A DNA stretch of 64,000 bases. Source: Candidatus Dormiibacterota bacterium (GTDB lineage Bacteria; Chloroflexota; Dormibacteria; Aeolococcales; Aeolococcaceae). Both the position numbers and the translations under genes were made by a program. Below are positions 38,601 to 47,146 of this stretch, one piece after another. Position 1 is the first letter of the stretch, and each line of letters begins with the position of its first letter. Location of the stretch: the NCBI GenBank assembly GCA_963718525.1, contig OY970355.1:2880001-2944000 (forward strand), given 5' to 3'. The notes beneath the pieces are model-generated. The model was not told the origin of the DNA. It saw only the letters and a program-made list of their open reading frames with translations, and ran no database searches.

Positions 38601-40424
38601 ACGAATCTCTATCGCTATGCCGCCGGAGACCCGGTCAATGACAGCGATCCCAGCGGCCTCCTAGTTCAGCCCGAGCTGTTGTGCACGCGATCCGGTCAAT
38701 GTGGTGACTTCTTCCCACCCGGTGGCCTTCCGTATCCGTGCACACAATCGGGTCAGTGCGGCAAGTACTTCCCTCCTGGTGGAATCCCGTGGGAGCCGCC
38801 GAGCCCGCCGCCGGCGCCCCCTTCGAACGAGTCAAGCCCTACCGGTCCGCAGACTTGCTTCGCCCTGCGATGCACTTCGTTCGATCTGCCGCCAGGGCCG
38901 CCGTCGTGCAGATTGGCCTTTTGTACCCAAACCCCGGGCGGTGGCTTCTGGTGTGTTGGCTATAGCTGCCTCGGCCCGAACGGCGAGGTGTGCGAAAGGG
39001 GCTATTGCTCCTGGGGCGACACACATTTCCTGACCGCCGACGGCGTGCACGTGGACTTCCAGGCCGCGGGTGAGTTCGACGCCATCGAGTCAGCCGACGG
39101 CAACCTCCATATACAGGTGCGGCAGCAAGCGTGGCCAGGGGAGACGAATATCACGGTCGCAACCGCTCTTGCGGCCAACGTCGACGGTGATCGCATAGGT
39201 GTCTACACGAGGGAGCCGTCGTTCTTGCTCGTCAACGGCGCACCGGTCAACGCGGCGGACATTTCCGAGAAGCTCCCCCACGGCGGCAGCCTGCAGCGCC
39301 ACGGCGGCACCGTCATCCTGACCTGGCTCGACAACAGCCAGCTCAGCATCACCAGCGTCGCCGCCACACTCAGCTATCACCTCCATCCCGCCGCGGCTGC
39401 GAGCTCCGAACTCACCGGCCTGCTCGGAAGCGCCGGTGCCTCCAACGCCCTCAAAGCCCGCGACGGAAGCGTCCTGCAACTCTCGGATCCCGCCTACAGG
39501 ACCAAGCTCTACACGCAGTTCGGTGACAGCTGGCGGATCTCGCCGTCGGAGTCGCTGTTCGACTACCAGTTGGGCGAGAGCACGCGCACGTTCACCGACC
39601 TCAACATTCCAACTGCCGATGTGACCGTATCGTCGCTGCCGGCACCGGCGGTGGCGAGCGCAAAGACCGTCTGCGGTGCGCTCGGCGTCGAGACCGAGCC
39701 ACTGCTTGACGATTGCATCCTCGATGTCGGCGCGACGGGTGACCCTGCGTTGGCGGCGGCATCGGCCGCGGTCGCCGCGTCGGGCATCGTCGGCACATCG
39801 CCCGCACCAACCACGAATGCGGGCGAACTCGTCCTTGGTCAGCCCGTATCCGGGACACTCCGGTCGACGAGCCAGCGCAACGACTACACGTTCGCCGCGA
39901 GCGCGGGCGATGTCGTCTTCCTCAAGGCTCGCGGCACATGCGTGGACGGCCTCTATTGGGGCCTGTTCCGTCCTGACGGCACGCGCCAGGACTTCAATCT
40001 GACCTGCAGGGATGTCGGGCGACAGATGCTCGCGACGTCAGGCACCTGGACCGTGCGGGTGTACTCGGACGGCACCGCCGCCGGTGCCTATGCCTTCACC
40101 GTCCTCGCCGCCCCCGCGCTGACCACGCAAGCGATCAGCGTCGACCAGCCCGTCACTGGCACGGTTGATCAAATCGGCGCCTGGCACGATTACACCTTCT
40201 CCGCAAGCGTAGGGGAGGTCGTCTACCTCAAGGCCCAGGGGACCTGCGTCGCGCTGCTCTACTGGGAGCTCTACCGCCCGGACGGTATCCGCCAAGACTT
40301 CGCCAACTCGTGCGGGGACATGGGACGCCAGGTGCTCGCTATTTCGGGCACGTGGACGGTGCGGATCTACTCGGACACCACAGCCACTGGCTCCTACGCG
40401 TTCACCGTCAGCTCGAGTCAGTAG
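35637..40424 (+). CDS. Teneurin-like RHS/YD-repeat lipoprotein with C-terminal Cys-rich, VWD and 2x PPC-like domains
   Basis: Lipobox LGAC; GLGGWSLDV..YD; many YD repeats; core GARDYDPMTGRWTAPDP...PVNDSDPSG; GDTHFLTADG..DFQAAGEF; two QPVxGT..DYTF repeats. Confidence 0.9.
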   Translation: MMHRSLAALVCGAGMLVTSSLLGACNSASPGPDLAALTLDECDPAAFVACNQQAAFLSIPIADTGLSLTYSSQWAPARTDRPNWSASSLGLGGWSLDVVQRYDIADGILIGGDGSWRFASGVSAASGGRVVPSFDGSVAYVFDSAGRLVRTVDGHLGIVLLTFTYDSSGRLTSVGGTANSGPAHLTVRRAPDGTPEALQGIDGAVTSLALDRSGHLVGVTNPAGAAIQLTWGPRGLVTTETDALGGVSRFVYNSAGQLVSSSDADGVIEKLNRTTIAGGDEVRVTTALGRVSIYRAVHAASGVRISYIAPGGAATVETIAGNGSRSLSLPDGTRHQIGAQPSAVWGLSAPLLTPDVETRPGGVTSRITLSEDLHERGGSPYTLAGSITARINGASTVETFDPVSRTTTVTDPLGRQTINTYDSDGRLVASRGPGSAPVTYTYDANGREVSETVGAGSLAQTTRFTYNTSTGTISQTLPNGQVTNEAVDAAGNAATITAADGSTVVESYDAAGRLTGVQSPGGLSYTLGSSPAGRPTAILPPQVGSDATIETARYDSDGNVVSVSGVGPQPVSVAYDTAGRVTGLTFDQGTASASFNSTSGLIARTSDPDGVTTAYGYSGALLNSLSWSGPLTGSVSVILDANGRAVSESTDGSAALTLAYDASGDLTGIGQLVLTRDPSSGLVTSARLGSVTTDDQYDSNDQLVRATTAASGKVLLDIRYTRDALGRITAVVQTGADGATTTTAYTYDPAGRLSTVQVRGSTVEIDTYDAAGNRTGVAAPSETTRATYDARDELTSWGGTTYTWAPDGTLTRVAGSAGATAFTFDDLGRLRSVKPPNGQAITYLVDAEGRRVGREVDGKLVAGYLFDTAGNVVAETDATGAVVERFGYDDLGHLALVERGGSTYRVITDQVGSPILVLDSQTGAIVDAISYDVWGRITSESAPGTFPFAFGGGLSDPNTGLVHLGARDYDPMTGRWTAPDPIAFAGGDTNLYRYAAGDPVNDSDPSGLLVQPELLCTRSGQCGDFFPPGGLPYPCTQSGQCGKYFPPGGIPWEPPSPPPAPPSNESSPTGPQTCFALRCTSFDLPPGPPSCRLAFCTQTPGGGFWCVGYSCLGPNGEVCERGYCSWGDTHFLTADGVHVDFQAAGEFDAIESADGNLHIQVRQQAWPGETNITVATALAANVDGDRIGVYTREPSFLLVNGAPVNAADISEKLPHGGSLQRHGGTVILTWLDNSQLSITSVAATLSYHLHPAAAASSELTGLLGSAGASNALKARDGSVLQLSDPAYRTKLYTQFGDSWRISPSESLFDYQLGESTRTFTDLNIPTADVTVSSLPAPAVASAKTVCGALGVETEPLLDDCILDVGATGDPALAAASAAVAASGIVGTSPAPTTNAGELVLGQPVSGTLRSTSQRNDYTFAASAGDVVFLKARGTCVDGLYWGLFRPDGTRQDFNLTCRDVGRQMLATSGTWTVRVYSDGTAAGAYAFTVLAAPALTTQAISVDQPVTGTVDQIGAWHDYTFSASVGEVVYLKAQGTCVALLYWELYRPDGIRQDFANSCGDMGRQVLAISGTWTVRIYSDTTATGSYAFTVSSSQ
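38682..38795 (+). repeat. 57-bp tandem coding repeat, 2 copies
   Basis: CTRSGQCGDFFPPGGLPYP and CTQSGQCGKYFPPGGIPWE just after DPSG. Confidence 0.85.
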
Positions 40425-40678
40425 GAAAGGTCATGCTTGGAAACGAGCATGCTCAAAGACCTTGCAATCGGCACCGATGATTTCACCGGGTACAGCTCGC
40501 AGGTCATGCTGGACAGCGACGGTTCGGGCTCGGCGTCTTCCAACAACCTGTCCGCATTCACGTCAAGCGCCGTTGACTCCGGGACGATCACGTGGACGTG
40601 CTCCAGCTGCTGTCGGTCTTGGCCACCGTGCGGGTGCTCTTGAAAGGAGGGCGTACCCGCTATGTTCGATGGCGTTGT

Positions 40679-40903
40679 TCAAGCGTTGACCACTTGCCTT
40701 TGGAATAGATAGGCCACAGCACTCGTAACCCAGGCGATTATCAGTCCCACTCCGACACCCCTGAAGTATGTGTGTCCAGAGAGATATCCCACCAAAAGGA
40801 ATATGACACTCAGCACCAACTCGAGTGCGATTAGCGACGTCAGCAGATGATGTTTCAAAAGCCTTCGTCGCCAGTCCGGCAAGAAGAAGCTGTTTCTGTC
40901 CAC
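40679..40903 (-). CDS. Small 2-TM protein, low GC
   Basis: Two hydrophobic helices; visibly AT-richer than the flanks; GTG start after AAGGGTG. Confidence 0.6.
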   Translation of the reverse strand: MDRNSFFLPDWRRRLLKHHLLTSLIALELVLSVIFLLVGYLSGHTYFRGVGVGLIIAWVTSAVAYLFQRQVVNA

Positions 40904-41345
40904 GTAATCCACCCTTCTATGATGCTCTGGCAATGCTTAATACTCTCGTTGAACGCGAGGGAGCTGTCAATTGACCAATTCGGATTCGCCCATGCAGGGC
41001 GCAAACGCCGGGCGGACCGATGTCACAATTCACTGGCACTGGTTTCGGGCCACTGTTCTCACCTAAGGTCGCGGCGATTGAAGCGGATTGCGCCAACGGC
41101 GCAAATCACAGCCGCGATTCCCAGGATGACCGCGTTCCGGTGGGGTGGGTAAGCATGCGCTGCCCCGATCGTCCCTTCATTTTGATCACCCATACGGTTG
41201 GTGCCTACTGGATCCTCAGCGCTTACTGAATATGGCGAAGATAGTCCCTGGTTGAACTCAGCGGAAGAGCCGAAGATCACTAGTTACAGGGTTTCGTGGC
41301 GGTCGCGTGGCACCCATTCCGGTAATGCGCTAGGCGCGACGCTGC

Positions 41346-41738
41346 CTATCCTGGGCGCACGACGATGGTGCCGACCATCGAGTAGTGAATCGTGCACGAG
41401 TACTGGTACACGCCGGCGAGGGTGAATTTCACCTGCCAAACGCCGCCACTCGCGAGCACCGGGTCGCCGATCGAAGCATCGCTGCTGAACACGAGGTTGT
41501 GCGTCACCGACCCGACGTTCTTCCACTCGATGATCTCGCCGACGGTCGCATCTTGCATGGCCGGATCGAAGATGTTTTGATCAGTCGCCGAGATGATCAC
41601 CGCGGCCGTGCCAAGCTCGCCGCCGGCGATGCCTATCGCGGATGAGCTCGTGGACGCAACTGGGGTGCCGCTGCCTCCGCACGCGACCACGCCCAGGACC
41701 AGCAGCGTCAGGGCAGTAAGAAGTCGGGCGCTCATCAT
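41346..41738 (-). CDS. Cupredoxin (plastocyanin/halocyanin-like) lipoprotein
   Basis: Lipobox VAC; type-1 Cu ligands HNLVF and CTIHYSM. Confidence 0.9.
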   Translation of the reverse strand: MMSARLLTALTLLVLGVVACGGSGTPVASTSSSAIGIAGGELGTAAVIISATDQNIFDPAMQDATVGEIIEWKNVGSVTHNLVFSSDASIGDPVLASGGVWQVKFTLAGVYQYSCTIHYSMVGTIVVRPG

Positions 41739-41885
41739 CTTCGACGTTGTCCTGGGCCTCTCAGTGCGGGCGTCGCATCCTTGGCAACGAACCTGGCCGG
41801 CGACTACCTTTCGGGATCTGTCACGACATGGCAGCCAGCCCACTGCAGCGCCTCCAGGTGTTGAAAACTGTCGCGGGAGTGCCCC

Positions 41886-42131
41886 TTACGGGCGGTCAAG
41901 TGCCCGGCCACCGGCGACCGCGAGCGGGCATCGTCCAGGCTGCATGCTCGTCACCGTGAGCGAGACGTGGTGGCCATCGGTTCCTGTCACACCGACGAGG
42001 TGTAGCCCCGCACAGGTATAGGGCGGGGCGTCGCTCACCGGACAGCGGCCGTCGACGGTCGGGCCGCTGCACTCGGCGAGCACCTCGTCGGTCGCCGGGT
42101 CCAGCATCACGAACGATCCATCAGTAGTCAT
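41886..42131 (-). CDS. Uncharacterised 4-Cys mini-protein A (81 aa)
   Basis: DP.T...CSGP..DG.C...C.GL...GT...CPLA; paralog of 56457-56705. Confidence 0.75.
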   Translation of the reverse strand: MTTDGSFVMLDPATDEVLAECSGPTVDGRCPVSDAPPYTCAGLHLVGVTGTDGHHVSLTVTSMQPGRCPLAVAGGRALDRP

Positions 42132-42166
42132 AACGGCAGCATGGCTCCGAGTCACGTCGGCAAACA

Positions 42167-42203
42167 GTGCCGAACGTCGCCGATTCACCGGGACCTATGA
42201 CCG
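42167..42203. promoter_or_regulatory. Tandem DevR/DosR-like boxes
   Basis: GTGCCGAACGTCGC (42167) and GGGACCTATGACCG (42190), 23 bp apart. Confidence 0.65.
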
Positions 42204-42602
42204 CTCGGTCGACACCGCGGCCGTGCTCAGCAACGGCGGGTCGGCAGGACAGTAGAGGCGTGAGTTCGTCACGAAGTGTTGGTGCGCCCCGGCGGCGAGT
42301 GAGAAGCCTTCGGGAAGGCCATCGCTCACGTCGAGGATGAGCTGCGTGTGCTTCCAGGCGTCGTACTGGCGGTGGTCGATGTAGAAAGGACAACCACCAA
42401 CCTCGCCCAGGAGCACGTCGTGGTCGCTCACCACGAACTCGCCGAGATGGAAACACATCGGGAGGCTGCCATCACAGCAGCCTCCCGACTGAAAGAACAT
42501 CAGCCTCCCCCGCTCGGCAACCAGCTCTGTGATCGCCTCGAGAGCGCGCGGGGTGGCGACCACACGCACGGTGGAGACCGCCGTGGCGGTGTGGTCGCTC
42601 AC
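42195..42602 (-). CDS. DUF779-family protein
   Basis: MFFQSGGCCDGSLPMC, QYDAWKHTQLILDV, FSL. Confidence 0.92.
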   Translation of the reverse strand: MSDHTATAVSTVRVVATPRALEAITELVAERGRLMFFQSGGCCDGSLPMCFHLGEFVVSDHDVLLGEVGGCPFYIDHRQYDAWKHTQLILDVSDGLPEGFSLAAGAHQHFVTNSRLYCPADPPLLSTAAVSTERS

Positions 42603-42616
42603 CTTCCCTGAGCCTC

Positions 42617-44188
42617 CTAGAAGAAGCCCAGCGGCTTCGCGCTGTAACTGACCAGAAGGTTCTTCGTCTGCGAGTAGTGCTCCAGCATCATCTGGTGATT
42701 CTCGCGGCCGACGCCCGAGATCTTGTATCCGCCGAACGCCGCGCCGGCGGGGTACAGGTGGTAGCAGTTGGTCCAGACCCTGCCCGCCTTGATCGCACGA
42801 CCCATCCGATATGCCCGGCTTCCGTCACGAGTTCAGACGCCGGCGCCGAGACCGTAGAGCGTGTCGTTGGCGAGTGCGACTGCCTCGGCCTCATCCTTGA
42901 ACGTGGTCACGGCGAGGACCGGCCCAAAGATCTCCTCCTGGAACACGCGCATCTTGTTGTTGCCTTCCAGAACGGTGGGTTGAAAGTAGTAGCCGTCCGC
43001 GACGTCGGCCCCGACCGTGGCGCGATCGCCGCCGATCAGGCACTTCGCGCCCTCCTCGCGTCCGATCTTCACGTAGGACTCAATCTTCTCGAGCTGCTGC
43101 GCGGAGTTCTGGGCGCCGACCATGGTGCTCACGTCGAGCGGATTGCCCTGCTTGATCGCGCGAATGCGCGCGAGGCAACGCTCCATGAACCGGTCGTAGA
43201 TCGACTCCTGGATCAGAGCGCGCGACGGGCAGGTGCAGACCTCGCCCTTGTTGAAGGCGTACAAGACCAAGCCTTCGATTGCCTTGTCAAGAAAGTCGTC
43301 ATCGGCGGCCATCACGTCGTCGAAGAAGATGTTCGGCGACTTGCCACCCAGTTCAACAGTCGACGGGATGAGGTTCTGAGCGGCGTACTGCATGATGAGC
43401 CGGCCCGTAACCGTTTCTCCGGTGAAGCCGATCTTTGCGATGCGCGGGCTGGATGCCAGCGCCTTGCCGATCTCGCCACCGGGACCGGTCACGATGTTGA
43501 TCACGCCCGGAGGCACGATGTCCTCGATGACCTCGGCCAGCTTGAGAATCGACCAAGGTGTCGGGGATGCCGGCTTGAGCACCGAGCAGTTTCCCGCCGC
43601 CAGAGCCGGAGCGATCTTCCATGCGGCCATGAGGAGTGGGAAGTTGAATGGGATGATCTGCCCGACCACCCCGAGTGGCTCATGGAAATGATAAGCGACC
43701 GTGTCCTTGTCAATCTCCGTGCTGCGGCCCTCGAGTGAGCGCGTCGCGCCGGCGAAGTACCGGAAGTGGTCGACGGCGAGGGGCAGGTCCGCCGCGAGCG
43801 TCTCGCGCACTGGCTTTCCGTTCTCCCAACTCTCCGCCACCGACAGCATCTCGATGTTGGCCTCGATTGCGTCAGCGATCCGGTTGAGAACAGCAGCGCG
43901 CTCGGTCAGTGAAGTCGCACCCCATGCGTCCTTGGCGGCGTGTGCCGCGTCAAGCGCGAGCTCGACATCTTCCGCTGTTGATTTCGCGACCTCGCAAAAC
44001 ACCTTGCCGTTGACAGGGCTGATATCCGGCATGTACCCGCCGAAAAACGGCGGCACCCAGCGCCCGCCGATGAAGTTGTCATAGCGTGGCTTGACCTGAA
44101 CGAGACTGCCGGGCTGACCCGGCTGCGTGTACACCCCGTTCTCGATGGGTTTGGGCTCAACGAGGACAGGCTCCATGGTAAGTGTCAT
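42617..44188 (-). pseudogene. Aldehyde dehydrogenase (AldB/ExaC-like) with in-frame TGA at 42835-42833, possibly a sequencing artefact
   Basis: FTGET, ELGGKSP, GEVCTC, EEIFGPV; GAGV*TRD where W is expected; the frame continues to a normal C-terminus. Confidence 0.9.
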
Positions 44189-44257
44189 GGCCACACCTCC
44201 AGTTGACGGTTGTTGTCGTTTGTGACCCACGGTAGAGGTCCGGTCTGGAGGACAACA

Positions 44258-44294
44258 GAGCCGAACGTCACCAGTCCCGCAGGCCCATCGTCAG
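44258..44294. promoter_or_regulatory. Tandem DevR/DosR-like boxes
   Basis: GAGCCGAACGTCAC (44258) and AGGCCCATCGTCAG (44281). Confidence 0.6.
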
Positions 44295-44494
44295 ATGCTG
44301 ATTGCTCGGGCTTCTACAGGCGCGACGCGATCAGGAGGATTGACGAATGCGAGTCGTGGAGAATGTCCATTTCCGTTACCTCCTGGGTGCACCATGCGTC
44401 CATCACACGATGTGTTGTCGCCCGAGCGTTCGCGGCTTCAGATGCCACGCCTCGATGACGCGCGCCCCGGCGCAGGTTGTACGTCCCAGGAGCC

Positions 44495-46126
44495 TCAGAT
44501 CGCCTCGGGGATCATCTCCAACGCACCACACGGACACTCAACGACACACATGCCGCAACCCTTGCAGTAGTCAAGATCGATCGCATACCCATATGCCACC
44601 CCTGGTTCGAGCTTAACCACCGCATTGTCCGGACAGACGCCGTAGCAGTTGTCGCACGCGAAGCAGTTGCCGCACGAGAGGCACCGGCGCGCCTCGAACA
44701 GAGCGTTCGATTCATCGAGCCCGCCAATCACCTCGTCGAAGGTCGATCGGCGTCGTGCCGCGTCGAGTTGCGGACGTACGGTTGCGGGCGCATCGCTGTA
44801 ATACCAGGGATTGAGCTTCTCAAACGTGGCGAGCTCGTGCTTCGGAAGTGGCACGTACTGCGCCTCGCGAAGCCACGCATCGATGTGACGGGCAGCCCTT
44901 TTGCCGTGCCCGATCCCCACCGTGACGGTGCGTTCGGCAGGCACCATGTCGCCCCCTGCGAAGATCCCGACATGGCCGGTCATCATGTTCGCGCCGACCG
45001 TGACGACGTGATCCTCGATCTCGATGCCCGGGATGCCGTCGAGCAGCGACAGGTCGGCCTCCTGACCCACCGCCAGGACAAGGGAGTCGGCTTCGAGGTC
45101 CTCGAATTCACCGGTGGGCTGCGGGAAGCCGGAAGCGTCCAGCTCCATCTTCTCGAGCCGCAGCCTGCCACCCTCGGCCTGGGTGATGGTCGAGAGCCAC
45201 TTCATGGTCACGCCCTCGTCGAGAGCTTCCTCGACCTCGAAGTCGTGAGCCGGCATGCGCTCTCGCGTTCGCCGGTAGACGACGACCGCATCCGTCGCGC
45301 CGAGCCGCTTGGCGGTGCGCGCCGCATCCATGGCGGTGTTGCCTCCGCCGTAGACGACCACGCGCCTGCCGAGCTTCGGAGGCTGCTCGCCCTCCATGCT
45401 GCGCAGCAGGGATACCGCTTCGAGGATGTGAGTCGAGTCGCCGGCTGGAAGATAAGCGCGCTTACCGATGTGGGCGCCGATCGCCAGGAAGACGGCGTCG
45501 TAGCCTCCGTCGTGCATGGTCGCGAGGACATTGGTGACCTTGCGATTGAGCTCGAGAACGACACCCATGTCGAGGATGCGCCCCACCTCGGCGTCCAGCA
45601 CGTCGCGCGGGAGCCGGTATTTCGGGATGCCGAAGCGCATCATGCCCCCGGCAGCCGGCCCGGAGTCGATGATGGTCACCGAGTGGCCCAGGAGGGTGAG
45701 GTGGTACGCGGCGGACAGCCCCGATGGGCCGGCCCCGACCACAAGCACCCGCTTGCCGGTCGGCGCAGCGGACGCTTCGACTGTCCATCCCTGCTTGATC
45801 GCCTCATCGCCGAGGAAGCGCTCAACGGAATTGATGCCAACGGTCTGGTCCAGCTCAGCGCGATTGCAGGCTATCTCGCAGGGGTGATAGCAGACGCGAC
45901 CCATGACCGCGGGAAACGGGTTGTCCTCCATGATCTGCCGCCAAGCGGCCTCATAGTCGGGGCCCTCGGCCTGATACAGCCATTGCTGCACGTTCTCGCC
46001 GGCAGGGCATGCATTGGCGCACGGAGGCAACCGATGCACATACACCGCCCGCTCGGTGCGCCACGACCCGGTCTTGTTCGCAAGGCTGGAGCCGACGTTC
46101 AACGTGATCGCGAACGGCTTGTCCAT
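44495..46126 (-). CDS. GltD-like NAD(P)/FAD oxidoreductase fused with PorD-like 2[4Fe-4S] domain
   Basis: KTGSWRT, CANACP, GRVCYHPCE, GAGPSG, GGGNTAMD, CFACDNCYGVCP, CKGCGMCVVECP. Confidence 0.9.
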   Translation of the reverse strand: MDKPFAITLNVGSSLANKTGSWRTERAVYVHRLPPCANACPAGENVQQWLYQAEGPDYEAAWRQIMEDNPFPAVMGRVCYHPCEIACNRAELDQTVGINSVERFLGDEAIKQGWTVEASAAPTGKRVLVVGAGPSGLSAAYHLTLLGHSVTIIDSGPAAGGMMRFGIPKYRLPRDVLDAEVGRILDMGVVLELNRKVTNVLATMHDGGYDAVFLAIGAHIGKRAYLPAGDSTHILEAVSLLRSMEGEQPPKLGRRVVVYGGGNTAMDAARTAKRLGATDAVVVYRRTRERMPAHDFEVEEALDEGVTMKWLSTITQAEGGRLRLEKMELDASGFPQPTGEFEDLEADSLVLAVGQEADLSLLDGIPGIEIEDHVVTVGANMMTGHVGIFAGGDMVPAERTVTVGIGHGKRAARHIDAWLREAQYVPLPKHELATFEKLNPWYYSDAPATVRPQLDAARRRSTFDEVIGGLDESNALFEARRCLSCGNCFACDNCYGVCPDNAVVKLEPGVAYGYAIDLDYCKGCGMCVVECPCGALEMIPEAI

Positions 46127-47136
46127 CAGGGCGCTCCGACAGGCTGGGCGTCGAGGAGGCCGTATCGCGCGATGTTGCGATCGGCCTGCGCCTGCAGGCG
46201 AGCGACGACATCGGGTCGTGCCGACTTCCCGAAGAGGTGCGCGTATCGCTTCTGGAGCTTCAAGTACTCCTCCACGGGAACCTGCCGGCGAATCTTCGTG
46301 ACTGCCGTGATCTCACCCTGCTCAGCCTCGAAAACGGGGAACAGTCCGCTCTGGGTTGCCAGGCGCGCGACGCGGATGGTGTCCGCGGAGTCGCACCCCC
46401 ACCCGAGCGGGCACGTGACGAGGATGTGCAGGTAGCGGGCGCCGTGCAGCGCCATGGCTCGCTCCACCTTGTACTCGATGTCGCGGAGGTCCGCGACGGT
46501 GGCGGTGGCGACGTAGGGGATCTCGTGCGCCATGGCGATCATCGGCACGTTCTTGCCCTGGCCGAAGCGATTTCCGGGTTCCGGTCCGACCGCCTCGGTG
46601 GTCGCGGTGCGAGCGGCCGGCGGGGTTGCACCGGATCGCTGCACGCCGGTATTCATGTATGCCTCGTTGTCGTAGCAGATGAAGAGGACATCATCGTTGC
46701 GCTCGAACATTCCGGACAGGCAACCGAGGCCGATGTCGACCGTTCCGCCGTCGCCGGCCTGTCCGACCACGCGAACGTCGTGGCGTCCCTTGACCCGAAG
46801 CGCCGCAGCGATTCCGGTGGCCACCGCCGGCGCGTTGCCGAAGAGCGAATGCATCCAGGGCAGCTGCCAGGAGGACTCGGGATACGGCGTGGAGAACACC
46901 TCGAGGCATCCCGTGGCGTTGGCGGCGATCAGGCGATTGTTGGTGGCGCGCATGGCAGCGTCGAGCGCGTAGCGCGCTCCCAGGGCTTCACCACAGCCCT
47001 GGCAGGCCCGGTGCCCCGAGGTCAGCGTGTTCGAACGATCAGCATCGGACTGCACCGAGCGCTGCTCCGGGTCGAGCAGTCGGTTGCCGGCGACGAAGCT
47101 GCCCACCTGGTAGAACTTGATCGGCTGCACGGGCAT
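46126..47136 (-). CDS. porB: Pyruvate/2-oxoacid:ferredoxin oxidoreductase beta subunit
   Basis: GHRACQGC, ATGCLEV, GDGG, YDNEAYMNTG, CPLGW. Confidence 0.93.
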   Translation of the reverse strand: MPVQPIKFYQVGSFVAGNRLLDPEQRSVQSDADRSNTLTSGHRACQGCGEALGARYALDAAMRATNNRLIAANATGCLEVFSTPYPESSWQLPWMHSLFGNAPAVATGIAAALRVKGRHDVRVVGQAGDGGTVDIGLGCLSGMFERNDDVLFICYDNEAYMNTGVQRSGATPPAARTATTEAVGPEPGNRFGQGKNVPMIAMAHEIPYVATATVADLRDIEYKVERAMALHGARYLHILVTCPLGWGCDSADTIRVARLATQSGLFPVFEAEQGEITAVTKIRRQVPVEEYLKLQKRYAHLFGKSARPDVVARLQAQADRNIARYGLLDAQPVGAP

Positions 47137-47146
47137 TTCCGCCTCC

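Noticed and set aside
40437-40643. Immunity gene for the RHS protein
   Set aside because: Weak start, the RBS-linked ATG at 40433 gives only 15 codons, and the sequence looks like a fragment.
41750-41860. Possible structured leader or riboswitch upstream of the cupredoxin (minus strand)
   Set aside because: Several stems can be drawn (CCTGG/CCAGG, CAGTG/CACTG, GGCTGGC/GCCGGCC), but there is no known aptamer consensus or expression platform, and such stems arise by chance at this GC.
42833-42835. TGA recoded as Trp or Sec (alternative genetic code)
   Set aside because: TGA terminates many genes in the window, Trp is TGG elsewhere, and the position is a conserved Trp, not Cys.
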